A stretch of 64,000 bases of DNA from assembly GCA_002104905.1 (NCBI GenBank), contig MCFE01000093.1:62001-126000 (forward strand), in the 5' to 3' direction. This stretch comes from Basidiobolus meristosporus CBS 931.73. Taxonomy: Eukaryota > Fungi > Basidiobolomycota. How positions within the stretch are numbered: the stretch's first letter is position 1; every line of letters starts with the position of its first letter. The position numbers and the translations under genes were made by a program. The notes below the pieces were generated by a model. The model worked only from the letters and a program-made list of their open reading frames with translations. It was not told the DNA's origin and did not search any database. Shown here one piece after another: positions 38,966 through 49,540 of this stretch.

Positions 38966-40634
38966 ATTGAAGCTTCAGTTCTACGTCAATTGCCAATTGT
39001 ATTGACCTGTACAAGTCCCTATATCCTATACTAACATTAAGCCTAACCCCACACTTAACAAGTAGCTCCATCAAAATCCACTACTCAATTGGTATTTCTG
39101 CGGTAACACTCTGTGTCCATAACTTTGGTGGGAACCCAATGGCTTAAAGCCCAAATATTCCAAATAAGAATATATCTGGCAACTCCAGACTCTTGGTGAT
39201 TGTTTAAGACCATATCTAGACTTTTTAAGCTTGCAGACCAAATGGGGCTTAGCTTGGTAGGCAAACCCATCAGGCTGGCTCATATACACATGCTCATCAA
39301 GTTCTCCATCCAAAAATGCAGCTTTTACATCCATTTAGTAAATGAAAAACTTATATTTGGCTGCAATAGACAATATTAATCTGATGGAATTAAATTTGGC
39401 TACTGGTGCAAAGGTCTCAGTATAGTCAAGCCCTTTTGTTTGAGAGTATCCTTTGGCCACAAGTCTTGCTTTGTATCTTTCAGTTATACCATCAGCCTTG
39501 TATTTTGTCTTGAAGACCCATCTGCATCCAATTGAATTTTGGCTGATTGGTAATTTGACTAAGTCCCAAGTTTGATTTTCCATCAGGGCCTGATATTCCT
39601 CAGTCTTTGTGGATCTCCAAAACTTTGTCTGCGGGCCATTTAGGGCCTCTTTTACAGTCTGGGGCTCATCAACAAGGACTGAATAGGCATAGGCTAAGTT
39701 TGTACCCTGATTGATATAGTAATTTGGGCTATTTCTTGTCCAATTGGATCTCCAGGCATTTGATACTGGAATAATCACTTCTGGGATATTCCTGGGCACT
39801 GATTCTGGCTGAACCACAGCCAATATGAATAGTCTATCATTAGTTGTTGCAGCATTTCAATATTCAGGCTTTATCTGCTGACTATCTTTCTTTTTGAAGC
39901 ACCAGTCTGATGTGTGTCCTTTCCTTTTGCAGTAGTTGCAAAACAGGTTGCTGTTGTCTTTGTAGGGTCTTGGGTACCTCCTTTATTGGTTATCATTGCT
40001 TATTAAAGCATTTTCTTCTTCCTTCTTATTGGTGCTTGATCTTCTTAATTCTTCATCCAGGAGCCTTCCATATACATAATTTAAGGTCACATCCTCAGTT
40101 CTGGACTCTAGGGCTGATACAAGGCCCTGAAGCTTGTCTATCAGGCTATTCAGGATGGTAACTATCACATCTTCATCAGTAGTTGGTACACCCACAGATT
40201 CCATTTCATCTACCAGCAATGTAATTCCGTTGATTAGATATTTCATTTTTCTCCTGGCAGCATCTTTGTAATAAAGAATTTTTCGTCTCAGATACATTTT
40301 CTTAGCAGCTGAACATGACTGGTAGGTGTCTTTGAATGCCTTCTAGGCATTCTTTGCCGTTTTTGCTCTTGAGCATTGAATTAGCAATTTGTCCTTAACA
40401 TTAAGGCAAATGCAGTTAAAGGCACTTTGTTCTTTCTTCTGGTACTTGAAGGCTTCTGCTCCCATGTTTTTAGGAGGGTGTTCTTCTCCCATGACAATAT
40501 CCCAAAGGCCTCTTTCTTGTAGCAGCATCTTCATCTTCACCTTCCACACTTGGTAGTTAGATCCATCCAACTTTTCAGCAGAGGGAAAAATTCCAGTAAG
40601 CGCAGTGGTAGACATTGCAGAAAGTGACAGCTTG

Positions 40635-40646
40635 GGGCTCATAACC
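40635..40646 (-). promoter_or_regulatory. Primer-binding site GGTTATGAGCCC (internal half-tRNA-iMet type)
   Basis: Immediately follows the LTR ...CAACA on the minus strand; same type of sequence as Ty5/copia-type PBS. Confidence 0.8.
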
Positions 40647-40804
40647 TGTTGTAAGAGTCTTGGAGATATTGGAAGTGACTGGGAGAACAAGTAGATTATG
40701 TGGTTTTAACTTAATGATCTATTGAATGTAAAAGTAGTATTTGTAGTTTTACCTGGTCTTGGCATTACAAACACATAGAATAGTTTAAGGAAGGTCCCAA
40801 GAAC

Positions 40805-41136
40805 TGTTGTAAAAATTCATATTGCCACCTAAGTATTCACCTAACTTAGTCACTTAGATCATCACCTTCAAATCCTAGAGAATACTGGCCAAATTCCTTG
40901 TTGGGATTTACTTTGAATATTTACCCAGAACATGAAAATTCTCAAAGTTGTCCAAACAGCCCCAAACTTTGCACACATGCTCTTGGGACCTTCCTTAACC
41001 TATTATACGTGTTTGTAATGCCAAGACCATGTAAAAGTATAAATACAACTTTTACATTCAATAAATCATTAAGTGATAACCACATAATCTACTTGTTCTC
41101 CCAATCACTTCTAATATCTCCAAGACTCTTACAACA
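40805..41136 (+). mobile_element. Solo LTR-B inserted in opposite orientation into the 5' LTR of a Copia-B copy
   Basis: TGTTG...CAACA termini; perfect 5-bp TSD AGAAC (40800-40804 and 41137-41141). Confidence 0.92.
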
Positions 41137-41329
41137 AGAACATGTGTGCAAAGTTTGGGGCTGTTGAACAACTTTGAGAATTTTCATGTTCTGGGTACCT
41201 GGTATTTTGGTGAAAATTTTGAGTAAATCCCAACAAGGAATTTGGTCAGTATTCTCTAGGATCTGAGGGTGATGATCTAAGTGAACAAGTTAGGTGAATA
41301 TTTAGGTGGAATTACAAATTTCTACAACA

Positions 41330-42033
41330 AAAAATGCCTATCACTTTATTTTAAGATAATAAAGGATGTATACAATTAGGTAGAAATCCAACTTTTCATG
41401 CTAGAGCTAAACACATAGATGTCAGCCATCATTTCATACATGAAGCTATAGAGAATAACTTGGTTGACTTAGCTTACTGTCCTACAGATGAAATAATTGC
41501 AGACATATTCACTAAACCATTAGCTAGAGACAAGTTTGAATATCTCAGGTCAAAATTAGGACTAGTCAGTATAAACATTTAGTTGAGTGAGAGTGTTGTA
41601 ATAATTTGTAATTCTACATAGATATTCACCTAACTTAGTCACTTAGATCATTACCTTCAAATTCTAGAGATTACTGACAAAATTCCTTTTTGGGATTTAC
41701 TTGGAATATTTTCACCAAAATATCAGGTACCCAGAATAAAAATTGTTAAAGTTGTCCAAACAGCCCCAAACTTTGCACACATGCTCTCAAGATCTTCCTA
41801 AGCCTATTTTACATGTTTTTATGCCACAACCATGCAAAAGTATAAATACTACTTTTACATTCAATAAATCATTAAGTGAAAACCACATAATCTACTTGTT
41901 CTCCCAATCACTTCCAATATCTCTAAGACTCTTACAATAAATATTACGTTTACATTCAATAAATCATTAAGTGAAGACCACACAATCCAGTTGTACTCCT
42001 AATGACTTCCAATATCTCCAAAGCTCTTACAAC
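41330..42033 (+). mobile_element. Copia-B 3' end (RNase H, PPT, LTR 41594-41939) plus partial extra LTR (about 41948-42033)
   Basis: Homologous to 36358-36967; LTR ends ACAATA instead of ACAACA. Confidence 0.85.
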
Positions 42034-42567
42034 CAATATATCTTCCTGCATTATAGTCATCAGAAATGTTTGTGTACTCTTCCAAATGCTCTGTAGAACA
42101 TGGTCTTTATAAGGTCCTCTAGAATGCTGCTTCTCTTTTCAGCCAGAGCAACAATACAAATAGCTCGATGATCTATGGATCTAATAGGCAAGCTAGGTGT
42201 GAATATGAAAGTTACAACCATCAGTGGAACCAGAAGACTTGCAGACATCCATGGCTGGAGTATTTGAGCCCAGTAGGGCATTTGTAGCCTTGGTTGAAAT
42301 TGCAATGCAGCAAATCTCGGATCTTGATTTATCAACTGGCAAAATAGAAACATATACACAAGTGATTTACATGACACACTGAAGGATCGCAGCATTTTGC
42401 ATCATCGCTGTTTGCAAGTAGGTATTGAGAGTAAGATATTGTTCTGGATCATTCTATTTAGGATCCCAATAATATACCAATTGGGTCATAATCGAGTCCA
42501 TCATGATGACTATAAGGGAAGAGACGCAAACTCTCCACTTTAGCCAGTAATAACGAGACAGTCCAAC

Positions 42568-43179
42568 ATGGCCACTTACAAGTTGGTTGGACCTTCGGAG
42601 ATCCCTAGAGCATACGAGTTAGAGAGTGAAGGTAAGTTAGGCTTAATCAGAAGGACCACCCGAAGCTTAAGCCAGTTTCCAACTTAGGGTATGATCCTTC
42701 CGAGGCCGCCACCCTCGAGAAACTGGAGTACCGACAGAGAGTCGCGCCAGAGTTGTTTCTGGGTAGTTACCTGGACGACCAATTGATCGGCTACGTGGTG
42801 TCCACATTGACCACCAAGACGCACCTGACCCACGAGTCCATGAGTGAGCACCACCCCTCCGGGAAGACTGTATGCGTCCACTCGGTCTGTGTCGACAAAC
42901 GATTTCTTAGAAAAGGCTATGCCACGCAGCTTGTCAAGGAGTACATCAAGCGACTCCAAGAGGCAAACCAGAGGGCCGAAGAGAAGAAGTTCGACAGGAT
43001 CGTCCTGATTGCACACGACTACTTGATCCCACTTTATGAGAAGTGCGGGTTCATTTTAGTTGGGGAATCGGAGGTGATACATGGTAAGCTGAACTGCCTC
43101 CCTGCCACGCACACATTATACTCAAACATCTTCACGAGCAGGACCCGAGAAGTGGTATGAGCTGCAGATTCCCCTTTAG
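42568..43179 (+). CDS. GNAT acetyltransferase, Paa1/arylalkylamine (polyamine) N-acetyltransferase-like; exons 42568-42631, 42688-43083, 43142-43179
   Basis: Spliced frame MATYKLV...LESEGYDPSEAATLEKLEYRQ...VCVHSVCVDKRFLRKGYATQL...YEKCGF...HGPEKWYEL; canonical GTAAG/AG junctions. Confidence 0.88.
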
Positions 43180-43331
43180 CCCCGTGATTGGCCCAGTAAC
43201 CGGATTGTTTTCGAATCCGCCCATTCGGACCAACCAACAGCCATGATGTCCAGGCTGGAAAGTTTGTTTTGATTCGAAGCTTATTGTGTGACTTGAGAAA
43301 TAAATCCCCTTCCAAACCGTATCTTACCAGC

Positions 43332-45098
43332 ATGTTTTCACGTCTCAAACACACCCTTCGCAAGCGTGAGGACCTGGTCAAGCCTCGCGTGGACGAAAGC
43401 GACAACGCCAACCTCAACTCGCTGTTCACTTTCCACTCTCTCCCTTCCAAAACCCTTCACTCTCCGGTGCTTCAACGCCCTCCGGAGAGAGCCAAAAGCG
43501 TGCATTATCTGCGAGCAAGTTCGGTCAAGCTGGACAACAGCCTACTGGATTGGGTGTACGATCGCCACCAACCAAACCAGCTCCCCTTGCCCCCACCTAC
43601 CCGGAAAGAAAAGGAGGGGGCCGAGAAGCTTCGGGATACTAGCACGCCAAGAAGACGGAGGAAACGAAGGTAATTCCCAGTTGTGTGGTTCCCCCGAGAC
43701 AAGGCCCTAACTCCTCACACCACAGGTCGTCTTTTCCGCCGGCGATATTCGACCCCACAACCCAGAACAGCAGCCAGCCTAAAGAGGGGTTGCTGTATAT
43801 TCGAGGTAAGTGAATATCTCTTATCTACACCCACTCGAGTTCCCGGCATAATTCATTTCTAGTATTGGAGGTTCGATCGTATCACAGTAGAAAAGGTAGA
43901 TTCAGCGATATAAGACAGACATCCAGTGCTGCGACTCACACTCTGGTGCTTTTAGATTACAACCTGCGATGCGTCTTGAGAGTGGGAGCCAAGGAGTGCT
44001 CAACCGCCACCGTGAACGCCATGAAAAGGGACCCCGTTGTTCAAGTGTCTACCTTTGACGAGATCTTCTTATAGTAAGACTACGGCCTGTTGAACCCGCC
44101 CATCACCATGGTTCTCACCTCTATTCCTCAGCGACGTCAGCTCCGCATTCACCCTCTACATTTCCGTATTTGGGCAGCGGGTTCGAAAGTCATCGCGCCG
44201 AAGCTCCTTCTTTTCTAAGGGATTCCACAAGCTCACCCACCACGACAAACCGGACGTTGTCGTTGGGTCGCTGCAACTCAGCTTCCCACTTCAACGGCAG
44301 GAAAAAAGCGTCGACACCTATTTCCTGGATCGGGAGACCCAAAGCGATTCGAAGAAGGTCGAGATTGTACTAGAGGTTGGGATGCAGTTTCTGGAGACGA
44401 AAGAGGCCGATTCTGGCTCTGGACTTGGTTCCGGCTCTGTCTTGGGCCCTATATCGGGCTCGGGCTCAGGCTCGGCCTCTTGTTTGGATTCGGATTCCGA
44501 CTCGGATTCTGACGAGACGTCCAAAAGCCACCTTCACTTTGGACATCTGCAGCTCCTGGTGCGAGAGACAACCGGCTCGACATCGGTAAGACTGTCTCCT
44601 ACTCCATTATACTCTTCGTCTACTGAAACCACTTCGCTGATTGTAGGACAATTGGGAAAGCTACTTCGTCGCCCTCCGGAACAACAAACTCACCCTGTAC
44701 CATCCGCGTCACAAGAGTGTAAGTACACCCGCGTCCTAGTCATACGATCCCCACTCACGAGAATCCAACCTCTGCCTTAGGCCAAACCACCAGTCCACGA
44801 GTTCGACCTGTCGGGCATGAGCTCCGTAAGAGGGCACAACCAAACCCAACCACAGCCCCAACCCCCTCACGGACCCAAAAAGCACGTATTCGAATTAATC
44901 TTCCCCGCTACGGCCATCTGTACCGATGCGCTCCCTCCCTCGATGCTGCGAGACTCCGATTCGGAATACAAGCTATATCTCTCCGCCCCCACCGAATCCA
45001 CACGGAACATCTGGTTGGAGCAGGTCAGCGATCTTCTGGAAGACCCAACCCTGCCGCACCAGCACTCCACTACAATTCACCCGAAGTATCTATGGTAA
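43332..45098 (+). CDS. Multi-exon PH-domain-like protein with an S/G/D low-complexity tract
   Basis: Last exon KHVFELIF...KLYLSAPTESTRNIWLEQVSDLL resembles a PH C-terminal strand/helix; SGSG/DSDS tract about 44410-44515; exon structure only partly resolved. Confidence 0.5.
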
Positions 45099-45738
45099 CC
45101 CTGCCACCAATGTCACATTCAACCCAACATCTATTCAGTAATACCTTTGTTTCGTGTGAATATTTCTAAAGCTTGTATTATTTTTGTGCTCAGTATAGAT
45201 GATTAAATTGACTGTGATGAGTGAGCTGTAGAACAGGTCATTGGGGGGGGGGCTTCGTCTATCTTGGGAACATCTAATGTCATGCGGGGAGGGGCGGACG
45301 CCGAGTCTAGAAGAAAAATGACAGTGTTTGTCTCAGCTTCTCACTGAAGAAGGGCACCTCGTCGGAAGCGATATCGAGGGATTCGCTTTCCTCCTGGGTA
45401 TCTTCTTTACACTGATATTGAAAATGGGAATCCCTGCGGGGTCTGGGCAGCACCGACTGCTTTCTCTGGTAGTAGACTTTGGCGGAGGTGTTCAGAGAAG
45501 CGTACAATGCGTCGTTGGTAAGCGATCTCATGGTCTAAGTGTGCCTCGGGGAGCTCAGCTTTCAACTGGGCGGCACGAGGGATTTATACGTCCATGAACA
45601 ATGGAGCTGCATGGCGGACGGAATTGTGAGGTAAATTGACAATCGCACTAGTGCTTAAGATGTATTCAACTGCATAAGAGGCATTGTTAGGGTGGGAGTG
45701 ACGATCACATTGATCTCGGGGTTTATTGCTTGAAGCCA

Positions 45739-47787
45739 TCAGCGGTCTGATTGAACCTGGTTAAACATGGAGATGAATATGGCCCACTGCTGAAGATCTA
45801 TGGAATTGGATTCCTCGACATGGCAGCTTTTCTCCGTTGGCTCTACCACCACGCTGGGAACTTGAGCTTGGTTTGCAGGGTTGGAGGGGATTGCTTGAGG
45901 CTGTGAGAGGATCAGCGTCTCTGAATCGTGACGAGAAGGCAGGCTTGCAAGATAGTCTGCTGGAGGAAAGTGTTGATTGGACGGAGAATAAATTACCGGC
46001 ATCTGTGGCTCATTCATCAGATCAGACAGCTTGTGGGATTGAACCATGTCCTGTATGTACAGACAGGTCCGGATCAAGACTTTCGAGTGGACGTTGAGTT
46101 CCTGCAGTAGCTTAAGATTGACGACAAGATTCACTTTCGACGCGTGGGCCAAATGAGGGTCTTCGGCTGCAACATTCATCACATGGATGGTGCTGGCGCA
46201 GAAGAAAAAGGTGGATTTGATTTGAATTCCATGAAGCATAAAGGCGGTGGGTATATGGTACAATATGTATGAGATCATGCTGGCTGAGCTAGCACAGCTC
46301 TGCAGCGCTAGGTCGTTGAACAGGGATGTGCTCCCCTCCTGAGGTGCAATGTAGGGTCGATTGGCCAAGATCACAGCGTAGTGATAATAAAGAGCCAGCA
46401 TGATGGCGTAGTGATCGTTCGACTGACCAAGCTTTACGTCATACCAAAACTCCGGTAGGAGGGATACTCTCCAGTCGCTAAGCGCTTTGTTGAGGCGGAG
46501 TAGAGAATCCCGTGCCTTGAGTTTACTCTGCTTTGTTGCGCCGTAGACAGTGTGGAGGATTTGCGACAAGATGGTGAATAAGCGAATCACTTGGTTGAAG
46601 AAGCGGACGCTGGTAGCAAATCTGTCTTCCTTTGCAGTTCTTTGAGACTTCTTAAAGGTGCTGTCTAGTGGGAGCTTGACGTCGCAGTCATCTTCATTGA
46701 TGGCCATAGGCCGCCCCACAACCGCGCTCACCAATCGATCGAAGAAGAAGCTGGCCCACCAGGTGAGTTGACGATTTTGCTTCTGGACTAGAGTCAAACC
46801 GTCTAGATCGATGTTTCGATGAAGCCCAAGCTCCTGACCTATCCGAACCGCCATCCCGAGAAAATGCCAGCCTCCCTCAGGATGAAAAGACATGAGTATT
46901 AATGCTTGGACGGTCTCCAAAGAAGCTAGCTTGTACTCCCTATTGAGGTGAGTCTTGGCTTGCTTGAAGAAATAGTTGGTTACGTTGATGTGGGTTTCCG
47001 CATCCTCGAACAGCTCGGTCTTTGGAAAATGAAGACATGCCAAGGCATATATCGAGCTCATCAAGGCCGGGGATATAGGCTTCCCGGCGGAGATTCGGTC
47101 CCGCAACTCAATCTCGTTGAACACAGGAACAAATCTGTGAAATCTATCAAAATAAACATCCAAGAGGCGTGTGCTAAGGCTCTTCGGGGGGAACCCCTTG
47201 GATAGGGCTGGTGGGATGTCTGCTTGGTTGTTCAGGTGGTAAATTAAGTCGTGGATTAATCCGTTCTGAATGTACCTTCCTCCCTCTAAAACGTATAACC
47301 CGGAGCTGCTACCCAAGTAGCGGAAATTTTTTTTGCCTTCCAGAACCATTGAGTCGAAGGTTTCAGAAATCCTCCTCATGGCATCCTCCTCTTTTTCTTC
47401 TTCGGGGGATTCACCGATCTGCGGTGCGAGAGAAACTCGGTTAGTATTACTGTTGTTTGACGAGTACTGCTGGGGGTTTACCTCGGGGAAAGCTCGCACT
47501 TTGCCACGCGGCTCCGGATGTTTGTTCCTTGACAGCTCTTCAGCCAAGGGTAGTATTAGATTCTCCAGTCTTTCTACACGGCCCTCGAGGATTTTTTGCA
47601 GGGACGGACTGGGGCCTCTTTTTTTGGGTTTGTAGGAAAAGGTGCAATCAAGGCCAGATGTGGCGCAATGTGAACAAGCAGGCAAAGCGCCATCGCACTT
47701 GACTTTCTTCCTGCGACAAGCATCACAGGCACGAGATGTTTTGGGTTTCTTAACAGGAAGCGAAGGAGTGCCTAGTAGATGGGACAT
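45739..47787 (-). CDS. Zn(II)2Cys6 transcription factor with fungal-specific TF domain (682 aa)
   Basis: ACDACRRKKVKCDGALPACSHC..C cluster; GMAVRIGQELGLHR, RQLTWWASFFFDR motifs; uninterrupted ORF. Confidence 0.93.
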   Translation of the reverse strand: MSHLLGTPSLPVKKPKTSRACDACRRKKVKCDGALPACSHCATSGLDCTFSYKPKKRGPSPSLQKILEGRVERLENLILPLAEELSRNKHPEPRGKVRAFPEVNPQQYSSNNSNTNRVSLAPQIGESPEEEKEEDAMRRISETFDSMVLEGKKNFRYLGSSSGLYVLEGGRYIQNGLIHDLIYHLNNQADIPPALSKGFPPKSLSTRLLDVYFDRFHRFVPVFNEIELRDRISAGKPISPALMSSIYALACLHFPKTELFEDAETHINVTNYFFKQAKTHLNREYKLASLETVQALILMSFHPEGGWHFLGMAVRIGQELGLHRNIDLDGLTLVQKQNRQLTWWASFFFDRLVSAVVGRPMAINEDDCDVKLPLDSTFKKSQRTAKEDRFATSVRFFNQVIRLFTILSQILHTVYGATKQSKLKARDSLLRLNKALSDWRVSLLPEFWYDVKLGQSNDHYAIMLALYYHYAVILANRPYIAPQEGSTSLFNDLALQSCASSASMISYILYHIPTAFMLHGIQIKSTFFFCASTIHVMNVAAEDPHLAHASKVNLVVNLKLLQELNVHSKVLIRTCLYIQDMVQSHKLSDLMNEPQMPVIYSPSNQHFPPADYLASLPSRHDSETLILSQPQAIPSNPANQAQVPSVVVEPTEKSCHVEESNSIDLQQWAIFISMFNQVQSDR

Positions 47788-48275
47788 GCATATATAGAAT
47801 CAGGATTGCCTCTATGTTGTAGGAAAGTGGGATGATATGCTATAGGACAAAATAGTCACAGTACCAAGCTTAGACACCTGAATTCTGGGGTTCTCATTGA
47901 GTATCTCAAGCCAGATTCATGGAAATTAAAATTCTTCATTAACGCCTCTGGCAAAGGGCCGATCACTGATCAGATACATTCTTCCGCTGAATACGGTTTC
48001 AGGGATGCTTTCCTGCCACTGCTTGGCTGTCATAATTTACGCGAAATGTACACTTGTAAGCTCTTCCACTTGCTTGACATCCCAATGGTTGGAAATCAGC
48101 TGATTGTTGTCCCTGTGCCAAACAGTCACAAGCCTAATTAATGCCAGTAATCACTTAATAGATCAAATAAGGAGTAAAAATCTTCCTTTAAAGCCTCCAA
48201 TCTGACGTGGTGACTCATTTTCCCCTTTACTCGTGTATTTCTGCTCTGCGAAGAGGCCCACTGTCAAGGCAAAAT

Positions 48276-49175
48276 ATGACTCGATTAGCTTTGTCGCTCA
48301 AGATAGGAAACCTACTCTCGATATGCTCTCTTTTGGGTCTAAGCGTTTACTTTGCTGTGTGGGATAAGCAGGTAGTCGACGAATGGTTCAGCCGTCCCAA
48401 CTACTTCATGCCAGCAGAGTTCACAAACATCGTCATCCCAATCATCTACTTTCTCTTTATTCTCTTCGTGCTGACCCAATTTCGCCCGGAGTTCGATGAG
48501 CTGATTGTCAACGGCATAGAGATCTGGTTCACCCTAGCGAATATCTTTACTATCGGTTGGCTGGTCTTTCTAGTAGGTTCTCCCAAGTAGCGGCCTTATC
48601 TAAACCGGCACTAACCTACCTAAATTCCTGTAGAAATTCCGGTGGTTCTATGCTCTGGAAGCTGCCATGCTTGGCATTCTGATAAGCGTAACCAAACTTT
48701 ACCAAAATCTGAGCTACTATCGCTTTCAAGATTGGTTGAGCTATTTTACGGTCTACCTCCCATTCACCATGTTCACAGCCTGGACAGTTACCGACACCAT
48801 AGCCACCACCTTTGTGGTTTTCTTCGATCTGAATCAAGGAGACTACGAGTATAGCAAGTACCTGTCCATGGGGTGCATTATCCTTTTGACACTGCTTGGA
48901 CTTTACCAGTCAGAGCGCAAAGGGCACGTCGCCTACGGACTGGTAATAGGATGGTTCGTACACTAAATCTTAGCCGTACTTGCAAATGGTTTGCTAATCC
49001 GAACTGTAGGTCGCTATTTGGGATTGCTATCGAACAGTCCTGGGAGTATCATCTCAGCATTGTCGGGTTGATCTGCTGTGGGATTGTGCTGGGGTCAGTT
49101 GGACGTGGTTGTCTGCATGAGATAATCTCTCGATTGAGAATTGGCACCAGCGAGGAACGTCGTCGGCTACTCTAA
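48276..49175 (+). CDS. Multi-pass membrane protein (DUF1774/TspO-like, tentative); exons 48276-48572, 48634-48953, 49010-49175
   Basis: Spliced frame gives several hydrophobic helices, WFTLANIFTIGW and LPFTMFTAW motifs, C-terminal EERRRLL. Confidence 0.72.
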
Positions 49176-49211
49176 ATTGGCACCAGCGAGGAACGGCGCC
49201 GACTACTCTAG
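49140..49211 (+). repeat. 36-bp in-frame tandem duplication of the last 11 codons plus stop
   Basis: ATTGGCACCAGCGAGGAACGTCGTCGGCTACTCTAA followed by ATTGGCACCAGCGAGGAACGGCGCCGACTACTCTAG. Confidence 0.95.
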
Positions 49212-49540
49212 ACACCCAACCACTGTGAATAACTATATTTGTATATCCGGCAGCTATCACGAATTTTATTAAACCATGAATATATGTATACAACTTCATA
49301 TTGCTTATTTATTTTATACATTGGTTCGTCTAATGAGAAATGGAAGTTCGGAAATTTACAGTTATTTAAGCAAAGGTTCTTGCACTGCGCATCAGAAAGT
49401 AGGATGGAATATGTACATTTGTGATCCAATGAAATCATTGACAAGTCTGCCAACTCGCCAGCCCCTACTGCAGCGGTGGTGCTTAGAATAGCCGACGTGG
49501 AACATCCAGTGTTGGAATGTCCGATATCAAGTGGTGGTGT

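Larger units (their letters stand above)
39140..41329 (-). mobile_element. Copia-B copy with 5' LTR (40647-41329, split by a solo LTR), PBS and gag; protease and integrase deleted; RT truncated
   Basis: Gag EKLDGSNYQVWKVKMKMLL; gag knuckle region joined directly to VVQPESVPRN linker at about 39825; RT homology stops about 39140. Confidence 0.88.

Noticed and set aside
44382-44520. SGSG/DSDS tract as a DNA repeat element
   Set aside because: Varies at third codon positions, so it is a protein low-complexity region of the PH-like gene.
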